NCBI GenBank assembly: GCA_001661245.1
Contig: KV454014.1
Span: 1,084,892-1,148,891, forward strand
Direction of reading: 5' to 3'
DNA length: 64,000 nt
Origin: Pachysolen tannophilus NRRL Y-2460
Taxonomy: Eukaryota
A model generated the notes under the pieces. It made no database searches. It was not told where the DNA came from and saw only the letters and a program-made list of their open reading frames with translations. Position 1 is the first letter of the stretch. Every line of letters starts with the position of its first letter. The position numbers were made by a program, and so were the translations under genes. Shown piece by piece: positions 33,568 through 45,166 of this stretch.

Positions 33568-34410
33568 ATGTCTTCTTTTGTACGTTATCTCAATTCGCAT
33601 CTTGGGTAAGTTTGAAATTGAAAAGAAGTAAAGTATACTGAAAATAAGTTAATGTTCTTTTTTTAGTTTTTTTTTTGTTCTTTTCTTTGCTAACAATATC
33701 TTAGAGTTAAAGTGTTTGTCTACCTTGGAGCAGCTAGTTTACCAATTTATTGGGCTAGTAGAAATATCAGTCCAAACTATGGTAAATTGATTGATTTCAA
33801 ATTACGAGAAGAAGCAGTGCATAACGCAGAGGAGAAAGTTCAAACTTCTGAAGGATTTCGTCAGAGGTTATTGAGAAATTTTCAAGGTGATAATGCAAAA
33901 GTAATTGGTAGAGATGAATTGGAAAAGGCAAAAACTTCTCTGAAAGATTCAGAGCCAAAACCAGCAGAGTCACTGGAGCCTGCTGAGGCCAAGTCTGCCG
34001 AGGAGAAGCCTGCAGAGGACAAATCTTTCGCCGCCGAATCCAAGCAGGAGACACCACTGAAAGAGGCGGAAGACTCTGCTGAAGCACCAGCTGAAAAGGC
34101 AACGGAATCCAAAGAATCAGCTGTGCAACCAACTAAAGAGGATTCAACTCAACAGGTTTCTGAGAAAAGTTCAGAACAAGGTGATTCCTCTTCAGCTGCT
34201 GATACTGAAAAGGAGACGGCTCCTTCACAGAGAGGAGAAATAGATGCAGATAAGGACGGTGCTCCAATTCCTAAATACAACGAGGAAGCTGATGCCCATG
34301 TAGGAAGTTCTGGAAGTGAAAGAACTAATGTCGTAAAAGGCTCTTCTGAAGATGAATACGATACAGACTCTACAAAAGTTGTTAAAGAACCAGTCAAGGC
34401 AAACTCATAA
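33568..34410 (+). CDS. 247-aa protein, member 3, with N-terminal membrane segment and acidic A/E/K/P/S tail; exons 33568-33605 and 33705-34410
   Basis: ATG at 33568 after TATAAATA (33490); splicing joins in frame to the listed GTG-start ORF: MSSFVRYLNSHLGVKVFVYLGAASLPIYWAS... Confidence 0.85.
33606..33704 (+). other. Spliceosomal intron, 99 nt, phase 2
   Basis: GTAAGT donor, T-rich tract, GCTAAC branch point (33689-33694), TAG acceptor; splicing restores the frame. Confidence 0.85.
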
Positions 34411-34800
34411 GAAGCTAAAACTGTTCTAATAAATTAAAAGGTTTTTTTTTTTATTATTAATTCTATTTTTTTTTTTAACTCTTACTTTTAGCTAACCAAG
34501 TAAATATATATATAGAAACTATGTATATACTACCAAGAAAAATGGAGGTTTCAATTTGAGATCTTTTAAATAAAAAGATGTTAATTACTTCTTAAAAAGT
34601 AAGTCTAGCAAGTTCAATATATTAAAAGTAAGGATCTAAAAAGGGTTCAACCTTGTTGTATTAATCTCTATCTGCAAGCAAGATGTACAAATTTGCTGCT
34701 TTTTTTTTTGGTATGCCGAACAATATTTTGACTAGGTTATTAAATCATATTATTATTATTTTTTTTTCCAATTTAAATAAAGAATAAAAAGAATAAAAAG

Positions 34801-36615
34801 ATGGTATTAAAGAAGAATTTTTCCGAAGATGTTGAGCAACAGAAACTTTGTATGAGCAGGAGATTTCCATTGAAAAATTATAATGGCAACAATTGGTTTA
34901 AAGTACTTAGTATATTGTTATTTGGAGCTTCAATAATATACATGATAGATGAGTATTGGATGCATTGGGTACCATGTAGTCATATGAATAATTCAGGGTT
35001 TAATTTTGTGGGTACTATTGGATATGATAATCCGGATTCATTATGTCCAGTTCCTGATTATTTTGTACCAAGCAGTTCTTTCTATAAAAACGATACTATT
35101 GATTTGATTTTACATGATGAAAATTTCAGAAACAATTCGGTAACGAAATTATCAGGTTCAATTCAAATCCCAACAGAAGTTTATGATGAATGGGGGTTAA
35201 TTGATGAAAACCCTGAGAAATGGGCTAATTTTGAGAAATTACATGTTTACTTGGAACAGACATTCCCACTATTCCACAAGAATTTGAAAAAAGAAAAAAT
35301 TTATTCTGGTTTAATCTATACTTGGGAAGGTTCTGACTCGAATTTAAAACCATTATTGTTAATGGCTCATCAGGATGTGGTTCCGGTTCAAATTGAGACC
35401 ATTAAAGATTGGACTCATGAACCATTTTCGGGATATTATGATGGTGAATTTGTATGGGGCAGAGGAACTTCAGATTGTAAAAATTTATTGATTGCATTGA
35501 TGGAGACAATTGAAGAATTAATTAAAGTTGATTTTGCTCCCAAGAGAACAATAATATTATCTTTTGGTGCCGATGAAGAATCTGCTGGCAGATCTGCATT
35601 TTTATTAGCTAAAAAATTAGAAGAACGATATGGACAAAACTCAATGTACGCCATTATTGATGAAGGTACTGGGTTTACTGAATCTAATGGTAAAATATTT
35701 GCAATGCCCGCAGTTGCAGAAAAGGGGTACTTGGATGCTGTTATTAGCTTAACAACTCCAGGTGGTCACTCATCAATCCCTCCTGATCACACTTCTATTG
35801 GAATCGTCTCCGAATTAATCCAGTTAGCTGAATCAAACCCTTTTGCACCTTTGTTAACAAATGTTAACCCAATATTGGGGTTCTTACAATGTGTTGCTGA
35901 ACATTGTCCATCAATTGATAAATCTTTAAAAAAAAACATTTTAAAAGCTCATTTGGATATAGATGCTAATCAAAAAGTTATTGAGTATTTGGAAAAAAAA
36001 TCTTTAGCTTCAAAATATTTGATTACAACTTCTCAAGCTGTTGATGTCATTCAAGGAGGAGCTAAGTCAAATGCTTTACCTGAACATGTTTCAGTTTTGA
36101 TCAATTATAGAATTGCTGTTGAATCAACATATTTGGAAGTTGCTGAAAACGTTACTGGTCATTTGAAACAAGTTGCAGATAAGTATAATTTAGGAATCGT
36201 ACGTGAAGGTGAGGAATTACTTAAACCTTCTGGAAATGGTTATTTCAATTTCACTTATAATGATCCTTTAGAAGCCGCTCCAATTACCCCCACTAATGAT
36301 AAAGCATGGGAAGTGCTTTCAGGAACTTTAAGACACTTTTATGAGAAAATGGTTTATCCCACAAGATTTGAAAATGATGATTACTTGATTGTTGCTCCAG
36401 CAATGAGTACAGGAAATACAGACACAAAATCTTATTGGAAGTTAAGTGACAATATTTACAGGTTCACACCGGAAAGTTGGAAAGAGTACGATTCACATGC
36501 TCATTCAGTCGATGAAAAAATTGATTTCGAATCACATTTACAAATAATCGCTTTCTTTTATGAATATATTTTGAATGTGGATGGTATTAAGGATGAAGTT
36601 AACGTTGTTATATAA
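34801..36615 (+). CDS. CPS1: Vacuolar Gly-Xaa carboxypeptidase (M20 family)
   Basis: Type II membrane anchor, LLMAHQDVVPV, WGRGTSDCK, GADEE, DEG, PGGHSSIPP, HSVDE. Confidence 0.9.
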   Translation: MVLKKNFSEDVEQQKLCMSRRFPLKNYNGNNWFKVLSILLFGASIIYMIDEYWMHWVPCSHMNNSGFNFVGTIGYDNPDSLCPVPDYFVPSSSFYKNDTIDLILHDENFRNNSVTKLSGSIQIPTEVYDEWGLIDENPEKWANFEKLHVYLEQTFPLFHKNLKKEKIYSGLIYTWEGSDSNLKPLLLMAHQDVVPVQIETIKDWTHEPFSGYYDGEFVWGRGTSDCKNLLIALMETIEELIKVDFAPKRTIILSFGADEESAGRSAFLLAKKLEERYGQNSMYAIIDEGTGFTESNGKIFAMPAVAEKGYLDAVISLTTPGGHSSIPPDHTSIGIVSELIQLAESNPFAPLLTNVNPILGFLQCVAEHCPSIDKSLKKNILKAHLDIDANQKVIEYLEKKSLASKYLITTSQAVDVIQGGAKSNALPEHVSVLINYRIAVESTYLEVAENVTGHLKQVADKYNLGIVREGEELLKPSGNGYFNFTYNDPLEAAPITPTNDKAWEVLSGTLRHFYEKMVYPTRFENDDYLIVAPAMSTGNTDTKSYWKLSDNIYRFTPESWKEYDSHAHSVDEKIDFESHLQIIAFFYEYILNVDGIKDEVNVVI

Positions 36616-36977
36616 TTTAATTAATCATGCCAACATTCTTAGAAACCTACTAATTTTCTTTTTTTTAGAAAAACGTCTTCGAAATATTTATTTAAATGTT
36701 AACAAGTGTGTAGAATAGTAGCTGAATAATCAAAATGAGCGACCTGAGAAAAATACAATAATATATATCTAACAAACTATATAAATGTCATTAAATGTTT
36801 TTTTTTTTTTTTTTGCTTTGTAAGGGATAAAGCTTCATAAACAAATAGAATATTGTGTCACATTTATAATCCGAGATAGCAGAACAATTCAAACAAATAT
36901 CATTTCATTAGTCATAAAAAAAAAGGTTAACAGGAGGAACGGATATTATGAACAACTGCGACATCAATTTTAGATGC

Positions 36978-38825
36978 TTAATGAGTTTCGATACCGCTTA
37001 ACCAACCTTTGGCCTTTTCGACTGCTCTTTCCCATAAGACCCAAGCGACTCTTCTTTGGTCATCGGATAAGGTAGCATGGAAATCATTGTCGACTTGGCT
37101 ACCATCTTTCTTTGTAACTAATAATTTGTTACCTTTAGAAATCTGAGTAACTGCATCATCCAATGATGTCCAAAGACCAGAACAAATACCAGCAGCAATG
37201 GCAGCACCTAAAGCTGTACATTCTGCATTTGGTGATCTTCTAACGGTGACACATGGACCCAAAATATCAGACTGGATTTGCATGACCTCATCAGATTTAG
37301 ACATACCACCATCAACAGCCAAGATAGATAATGGAGTCTGGCCTGTAATCTTTGATGATTCATCTAAGAAATCAGCTGAAGCACCAGCATCGTTAATCAT
37401 AGCCTTTAAAATGGCTCTAGTTTGGAAACAGACACCTTCTAAAGCAGCTCTGGCGATATGAGAAGCTGAGGTGTATTGTGTCAAACCTAAAATAGTACCT
37501 CTGGATTCAGAATCCCAGTATGGGGCAAATAATCCACTGAAGGCTGGAACAAAGACAACACCACCAGAGTTATCAACTTCTGAAGCTAAAGGACCAACAT
37601 CTTGTGCCTTACTGATTAATCTCAAGTTATCTCTTAACCATTGGACACATGAACCGGCAACAGCAATGGAACCTTCCAAGGCAAATTGAGGTTTAGAAGA
37701 ATTCTTACCATCAACTTTTTCATCTAATTCTGGGAACCAATAACCAAAAGTGGTAACAGCACCATGACGAGAGATCAATTTTTGATCACCGGTATTATAC
37801 AACAAGAAAGCACCAGTACCGTAAGTACATTTAGCAGAACCTTTTCTAACTGCCAATTGACCAACCAAAGAAGCAGATTGATCACCTAAACAACCACAAA
37901 TTGGAAGGCCTTTAACAGATTCCAATTTTTCTGCAGCTTCTTTACTTAAACCTAAATCAGTGTAACCCAAGGAAGTTAAATCTGGAAGAGCAAAATGACC
38001 ATAAACTTCTGATGAAGAAAGAATCTTTGGCAATTGGATCTTCTTTCTGTCAATATTCCAGAATTTTAACAATTCGTCATCGTAATCAATGGTTTCCAAG
38101 TTCATATAAGCAGTTCTAGATGCATTTGTAACATCAGTAACAAAAGCTTTTGAAGAAGTAATGTTGTAGATCAACCATGTGTCAAGAGTACCAAACATCA
38201 AATCACCATTACCATTTTCATAAGCATCTTTAACTTCTGGAACATTTTCAAGCAACCATTGGAATTTAGTTGCAGAGAAATATGTAGAGATTGGTAAACC
38301 GTTTATTTGTCTTAAAGATTCCAATTTTTCAGCAGGGTACTGCAGATTAATTCTCTTAACGATAGCTGATGTTCTAGTATCACTCCAGACAATACCGTTA
38401 TATAAAGCCTTACCAGTTTTTTGAGACCAAACAATTGTAGTTTCTCTCATATTAGCAACACCAATAGAAGTAACCTTATATGGAACATCACGAGTAATGT
38501 TAATTTTTTCTAAAGAGATTAAACAAGCAGCAAAACATTGAATTGCATTAGCCAAAATACTTTCAACACGACATTCTACCCAACCGGCTTTTGGAAAATT
38601 TAAAGTAGGTTCTTCCGAAACTTCCACTTGTAAATCATCAGAGACTGTAATTGCAATACCTTCACTAGATATAATTTGAGGTGAATCTTTTCTCGACCCA
38701 ACTTGAGCAGAAGTTGAATATTCAACTTGATGTTTGGCAACTTCTTGGCCTAATTTGTTAAAAAGAATGGCTCTTGTAGAAGTAGTACCAAGATCTATTG
38801 AAGCAACTAAAGGTTCAAACGACAT
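36978..38825 (-). CDS. GUT1: Glycerol kinase
   Basis: IDLGTTSTR, ANMRETT, TDVTNASRT, LGDQSA, KCTYGTGAF, VPAFSGLFAPYW, VDGGM. Confidence 0.96.
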   Translation of the reverse strand: MSFEPLVASIDLGTTSTRAILFNKLGQEVAKHQVEYSTSAQVGSRKDSPQIISSEGIAITVSDDLQVEVSEEPTLNFPKAGWVECRVESILANAIQCFAACLISLEKINITRDVPYKVTSIGVANMRETTIVWSQKTGKALYNGIVWSDTRTSAIVKRINLQYPAEKLESLRQINGLPISTYFSATKFQWLLENVPEVKDAYENGNGDLMFGTLDTWLIYNITSSKAFVTDVTNASRTAYMNLETIDYDDELLKFWNIDRKKIQLPKILSSSEVYGHFALPDLTSLGYTDLGLSKEAAEKLESVKGLPICGCLGDQSASLVGQLAVRKGSAKCTYGTGAFLLYNTGDQKLISRHGAVTTFGYWFPELDEKVDGKNSSKPQFALEGSIAVAGSCVQWLRDNLRLISKAQDVGPLASEVDNSGGVVFVPAFSGLFAPYWDSESRGTILGLTQYTSASHIARAALEGVCFQTRAILKAMINDAGASADFLDESSKITGQTPLSILAVDGGMSKSDEVMQIQSDILGPCVTVRRSPNAECTALGAAIAAGICSGLWTSLDDAVTQISKGNKLLVTKKDGSQVDNDFHATLSDDQRRVAWVLWERAVEKAKGWLSGIETH

Positions 38826-41800
38826 AATTGAATAAATATATATATAGATAAGTAAAATTTAGTGATTTAATACTTGAGTACTATTTAATAGCTAGTAAGT
38901 GAAAAAAATAGCAATTAAATTAGACGTAAATGAAAAACTAAAATTTATAATATGGATGGAAAAAAAATAGCAAAAAAAAAGATAATTGGATTTATAAAAG
39001 AAACGGAATAACTTTTGGAAAAATTTATTATAAAAGAAACTGGATTCCTTTTATAATTTTTTTCATACTTCTGGCGTAAATCCCCCCAATAAAAATTGTT
39101 GTTGAATTGAAAGTTTCATCATTTATAATACCCCAGTAAAAAATACCTTTACGCGGGGAAAATTTTTCTTTTCTTTTTTAGGAACAGCAATAATGGAATA
39201 ATATTTTCCCGGGGAAACTTCGGAATGCACATTCTGAATCCAAAAAATAAACAAAAATAATGATAATAATAATAATAATAAGCTTAGACAAAAAAAAAAA
39301 AGAAAAAAATCTTTGTGGTTAAAAGATTAATACCGATAAAATTTTTTCCGTAATTTCCACAAGAATCGATGGCCGGAAGATTGTAAATACTTTTATGATT
39401 TGGTCATAAGCCTTTCTAGACGTTGTTGGTACAAGCAGATACAATTGTTCCGACAATACTGAATGAATGCTTTGAGACCTGTGTTTATTTGATCTTATAA
39501 AATTGTTCCATATTCGGTTTTCAAGTTTTATTATCCATTTATTTTCGAATTTCGCCCTAAATTATTCCGAAAGTGAAATAAGTAATAACTTTTGTTCAGC
39601 CTTCTAAATTTCAGATTACTGAAATTTTAAAAAAATTTTTGCTGGAAATTTTTGGGGATTCTGAAAAACCGATCACGAAAATCAAAGGCATTTCCGGTTA
39701 ATAAAACCTTAAATTTATACAAAACTACGTAATTTTAACTTTTGAACCCCATAAAAATTAATTGAACTTACATAAAAATTTTAAGATCGAATTAGAATTT
39801 TTTTTCTAAGTTTTTTTGTAAATAAACTATAAATTGGAATGCGGGAAAAAGGTTGAGTTGAGGGTTGAAAGTTGGATTGTTTTGTTGTCCTTTATGTGTC
39901 ATTTATTCTTTTACCATATTCAGTGTTTCTACTATAGAGAGAGAGAGAGAGAGAGAACAAGATAGGAAAAATAAAAAAAGCAGAATATGTTTATTCTGGT
40001 TTGCCGGAAGAATTAACCCACAAATTAAAGTAAACCGCAAAAAGGTAAATCCTGATCTCAACTATTATAGTTGTGTAATGACGTTTCACTACCCCATTTT
40101 ATGATTCTTTTAACCTTCATATCTGATTGAGTTTCGAGGCTCGGTTTTAGATTTTTAAATTGTCCATAAGTCCATAACCACTTAATATCATTTACACTAT
40201 AAGTAAAGTAATATATATTAATATTTACTTGAAAGATTGAACGTTCGGAATTATTCATTTTCGATCTCGGACATTGACAAGAAAATTATAATGTAATAAA
40301 GACACAGTTGTCTAAAATTACTGATGAAAAATAACTTTTATATTTTTTTTTTTTTTTTTTTAAAGAAAATCTTTTTTCATAGAATCTCTGCGCTTGAAAA
40401 AAAAAACTCCGAAGAAGCCTTACTGTAAACGCAACTTGGGGATAATAAAGTATCGAAAATTTGGATCATGTTCTTTATTGTTTAGATACTTAACCGTATA
40501 TGTAGGATGATTTAAGGAAAAATAGCTTTTCCATCCTGAGATAATTGTTGACAAAACCGTTGAAGAGTTATTCCGTGGTAAGAACTTCGCAAATACAAAA
40601 AATTCTTGTGATGGGCAAGAACGAAAAAGAAAAAAAAAAAAAAAAGAAATTGACCGTTTAAATTTTTATAGTTATTAATTTCGTATATAACGGACTTGAA
40701 AATGATATTACAGAGAAGTATTTGCCAAAGCCAATTGAAAAGTGTTAAAATAAAACAAAGCTAAGAATGCCTCCACCTGAACCCACTCGTAAGATATTGA
40801 CAACTGCAATGTTTTCAAATGGCGAATTAATTAATATTCTTATTCTGTTGGGACTAATAACAAAAGGGAAATAAAAACTTTTTATCTCTGTTCGCCTAAA
40901 ATTATTACTTGAGCATAGTATTACATCTTATAATTATAATAGCTCCGCGAGCCCGCCGATAGTGTGAATTTTATTAGATTTTTAAATGAAAAAATTAAAT
41001 CATTTTTGTAAATACAACAACAAACAGACAAAAGAAAAAAAAAAAAAAGGGGCAACACGGCAGACCTCGCGCGTATTAACTATTTGGCCCCATTCCTGTA
41101 GGATCAATTAATTTGCGGAGATGTTGTAGTATCCATCCAGGAATAAAGTAAAAATTATTGTTTACATGCTAACTTTACGGGGTATATTATTACATTCCTT
41201 AAATTAATCAATTAATTAGTTATTATTAAGGGAACTTTAAATCTCCAATCTCCTTAAGTTTTATTAATAAGAATAAATTATTAAAATTCCAAATCGTATT
41301 TGTTGTTGAGAAAACCTATTATTCTGAAATTTTCTGTTGCCTTTTCATGTTCAATCTCCAAGCTTATCAACTCCTGGAATAACTTAAAAGATAAACGGAG
41401 TTTTAGTAAAATTGGTCCGAACAATATCAATGCATTTTAACTTTGCAAATCCTTGAGCCGGGATAATTGTTTCCCCGCAAATTACAATCTTGGTTTTTGT
41501 AAATTTTATAGTCACAAGTCGGAATAATTTGTTTTTCCTTTCAAATGAATCCATGTTTCCAGAAAAAGGGTTTATTAGTTACTGTCTACTTAGATAACTT
41601 GCCCAATCATTGCATAATAACAATAATAAGATGCTATTCTTCACCAAGTCATTAGTTAATTATAATACAAAAAATGACTCTAAACTTTTCTGTTTGTTTT
41701 TTTTTTTTTTTTTTTTATTTTGTTTTTTGTATGGTTAATTTTGTAGTGATAAAAAAAAGCAGCAATTTTTTTTTCTTTTTCTTTTTGTTTTCTCTTTTTC

Positions 41801-41891
41801 TTAACTTTGGCGTAATAAAATGCATTAATTTCAAAAAAATGAAAAAAAGGACAAGAATTTCTTTCCCCGTACGCTTCTCACAGAAAAAGAG

Positions 41892-41927
<36 letters not shown>

Positions 41928-41937
41928 AAAATTTTTT

Positions 41938-42362
41938 NNNNNNNNNNNNNNNNNNNNNNNNNNNNNNNNNNNNNNNNNNNNNNNNNNNNNNNNNNNNNNN
42001 NNNNNNNNNNNNNNNNNNNNNNNNNNNNNNNNNNNNNNNNNNNNNNNNNNNNNNNNNNNNNNNNNNNNNNNNNNNNNNNNNNNNNNNNNNNNNNNNNNNN
42101 NNNNNNNNNNNNNNNNNNNNNNNNNNNNNNNNNNNNNNNNNNNNNNNNNNNNNNNNNNNNNNNNNNNNNNNNNNNNNNNNNNNNNNNNNNNNNNNNNNNN
42201 NNNNNNNNNNNNNNNNNNNNNNNNNNNNNNNNNNNNNNNNNNNNNNNNNNNNNNNNNNNNNNNNNNNNNNNNNNNNNNNNNNNNNNNNNNNNNNNNNNNN
42301 NNNNNNNNNNNNNNNNNNNNNNNNNNNNNNNNNNNNNNNNNNNNNNNNNNNNNNNNNNNNNN
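41938..42362. other. Assembly gap (425 N) flanked by poly-A/T runs
   Basis: Run of N characters. Confidence 1.
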
Positions 42363-42400
<38 letters not shown>

Positions 42401-42838
42401 AAAACAAACTTTAAAATTTCTTCAGAACAATAAAACTGGTTATTGTATAGTGAAAATCGACCACGCTTTTTTGCAAATACTTTGTTTTTTCTGCATAAAA
42501 TTGCATGAAAATGAAAGAAAAAAAATTTTCTTTTTCGTTTTCACTTAGAAGTTCTTTCGGGGTTCGAAATTTCATACCATAATGTGCCTCTTCCCCCAGT
42601 TTTCAGAGGATTATCTTCGGATCTTCCATTCTGACTCTTGATCTAAGTGTCCGAAAAATAATTTATCTATTTAAGGAGGAGAAAATCCGTTTGAGTAGTT
42701 TTCAAATTTATTTTAGTCAATCATACAATTCAATCAAGATTAACATTAATAAACATAAAAAACATATTTATATATATATATTTATATAAACAAGACAGAT
42801 CATATTTTCAAATATAAGTTAACGCATTTGCTGTTATC

Positions 42839-43828
42839 ATGAGCAAGTCAGAAACGATGCAAATAGAGAATGTTCAAGGATCGAGTACTTCTTCCAATGA
42901 GTTATTGGCGCCTGATAAAATTATTATAGAAGAAGATGAGATTATTGATGTACCACAATTCAACAATGTTTGGGAAAGGATTCGTCATGAATATAGAGCA
43001 TATTTTGCTGAATTTTTAGGGACTTTAATCCTTGTTGCCTTTGGTGATGGTGTTGTTGCACAAAAGAAATTATCCGGTGGGGCAGCAGGTTCATATACAA
43101 ATGTGTCTATGAGTTGGGGTTTTGCTGTTATGATGGGTTTTTTAGTTTCTGGTGGTATTAGTGGTGGACACATGAACCCGGCAGTTACTCTTGTTGCTGC
43201 TGCATTTAGAGGCTTTTCATGGAGGAAAGTTCCTGGTTATATTTTTTCTCAATTATTGGGTGGTCTTATTGGTGCTTATGTTGTTTATGGTACTTATTAT
43301 CAATCATTTGATGATTATGAAGGTGTTGGAATTAGAACTGTCACTGGTGACACTGCCACCGCCGGTATTTTTTGTACTTTCCCAGCAGGTGACTACTTGA
43401 CTACAAGAGGTCAAGTTTTATCTGAATTTGTTTCTTCTGTATTATTGGAAATTGGTATATTTGCATTATCAGATGCATGTAATGTTGAATCTGCAAAACA
43501 TTGGTTTCCAATTGGTTTATTTTTTTTAATTTACGGAATTGGTGCATGTTTTGGTTATCAAACAGGATATGCTATAAATATGGCAAGAGATTTTGCTCCA
43601 AGAGTTGCTGCAACATCGGTTGGTTATGGTAGAGAAATGTGGACTGCAGGTAATGGATACGCATGGGTTCCAGTGGTAATGCCTATAATAGGTTGTTTTA
43701 CAGGAGCCATTATTTATGATCTGTTCATCTACCAGGGCCAAGACTCTCCATTAAACAAGCCTTACTTTGGATTCGGTAGATTCTTTGGAAAAGGGAGACA
43801 AACAAAAGACGTAGAAAATCAATACTAA
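42839..43828 (+). CDS. Aquaglyceroporin / glycerol facilitator (MIP family)
   Basis: AEFLGT, SGGHMNPAVT, TAGIFCTFP, TGYAINMARDFAPR. Alternative start ATG at 42857. Confidence 0.93.
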   Translation: MSKSETMQIENVQGSSTSSNELLAPDKIIIEEDEIIDVPQFNNVWERIRHEYRAYFAEFLGTLILVAFGDGVVAQKKLSGGAAGSYTNVSMSWGFAVMMGFLVSGGISGGHMNPAVTLVAAAFRGFSWRKVPGYIFSQLLGGLIGAYVVYGTYYQSFDDYEGVGIRTVTGDTATAGIFCTFPAGDYLTTRGQVLSEFVSSVLLEIGIFALSDACNVESAKHWFPIGLFFLIYGIGACFGYQTGYAINMARDFAPRVAATSVGYGREMWTAGNGYAWVPVVMPIIGCFTGAIIYDLFIYQGQDSPLNKPYFGFGRFFGKGRQTKDVENQY

Positions 43829-44316
43829 TAATAATAATAATAATAATAATAATATTGATAATAAAAAAAAAAAAAAATTTCCAATTTTTTTTTATGTTTT
43901 TTTTTTTGCTGTTTCATTTTTTACTTGTTACGATAGCGCTTTTATATTTTGGCATATTTATTTTTTTATTTTATTTTATTTTTTTTGCGGGCTTTTTTTA
44001 TTTTAAAAAATTTATTTTATTTTTATTTTTATTTTTTATTTTGTAATCTTTTTTTTTTTCACTTTGATCTTGATTGATCCAGATGTATATTCTTAAGTTT
44101 CAATAATGTACAGTTATGACTATTATATTTAAAAAAAAAAAATTATTATTATTGTAACTAAAAAAAAACATTTCGCTATATTTAATTTTAATTTTTAGCG
44201 CCGAAGTGACCTGATGTTTCTTTGATCGCCGCTGATGAGAAGGTGGTGTCACAAAAGAAAGAAAATAGAAAAAAGACAAAAGAAAAAAGACAAAAGACGA
44301 AAAGAAAAGAGAAAAA

Positions 44317-44726
44317 GATAAAAGAGTCATCTGTCATCTATCACTCTGTCACTCCGTAACTTGTGCTAGCTCTAGATGAATGAACACTGAACATTGGTAG
44401 TGTCACTGGTAGTGGCACCAACAGTGACACAAACAGTGACAAGACACAGACACAAACATTAGCTTTAGCATAGGCACTGTCACCAGCCCCTTTTTCCTTT
44501 TCTGTTGCTTTTTGACTCTATTAATTAATACCGCTAATCCATTAATTCTTCTGCCTTTTCCTTTTTTTTCTTTTTTTTTTTCTCTCAAAGACAAAAAGGG
44601 CACAATTATGCATTCTTCTCTATTGTGAAAAACGCCCACAAACCAAAAACACAAATAAATGTACTAAATGCATGCTTACATAAGTGCTTAATAACTACAA
44701 TCAAGAATTGCTGATTGGACGATAAC
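44317..44726. promoter_or_regulatory. Gcn4-type (TGACTC) and GATA-type (GATAA) sites upstream of GLN1
   Basis: GAGTCA 44324-44329, TGACTC 44513-44518, GATAA at 44317 and 44721; consistent with known GLN1 regulation in yeasts. Confidence 0.45.
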
Positions 44727-44915
44727 CAATCTTTTACACCTGTTAAAGCAGTACATTAAAAATGACCCGTTCCCAAAGGACATAAAGGCTAAAAAGAAAT
44801 AAAAAATGTCAAACATTTTTTTTTTTTTTGGACTTTTTGACTTTTTAACTCATCATTCATTTATTTATTATTTTTACTCTTTTATTCACTCACTAAGTCA
44901 AAAAAGTCGCTTTTA

Positions 44916-44947
<32 letters not shown>

Positions 44948-45166
44948 ATATTTTTTTATCAGCACTTTTTTGCTTCAACATTATATATATATAAATTTTT
45001 TATTTTTTTCTTTTTTCTTTTTTTGTTTTAATCTTTTTTCTTTTTTTTCCTTTCTTTCTTCAAATTATTAACGTCCCATAATTATCTCTTCCAAGAAAAG
45101 AGTTAGTTATAGTTATTAGTTGTTGGTTTTTTTTTTTTTTTTTTATTGTAATTTGTTGAAAAAAAA

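Noticed and set aside
33580..33585. Alternative donor GTACGT in exon 1 of the 33.6 kb gene
   Set aside because: Splicing it to the 33704 acceptor gives an immediate stop; the GTAAGT donor keeps the frame and matches the paralog's intron position.
41674..42414. 246-aa and 230-aa ORFs spanning the gap
   Set aside because: Artefacts of N bases and poly-A/T runs.
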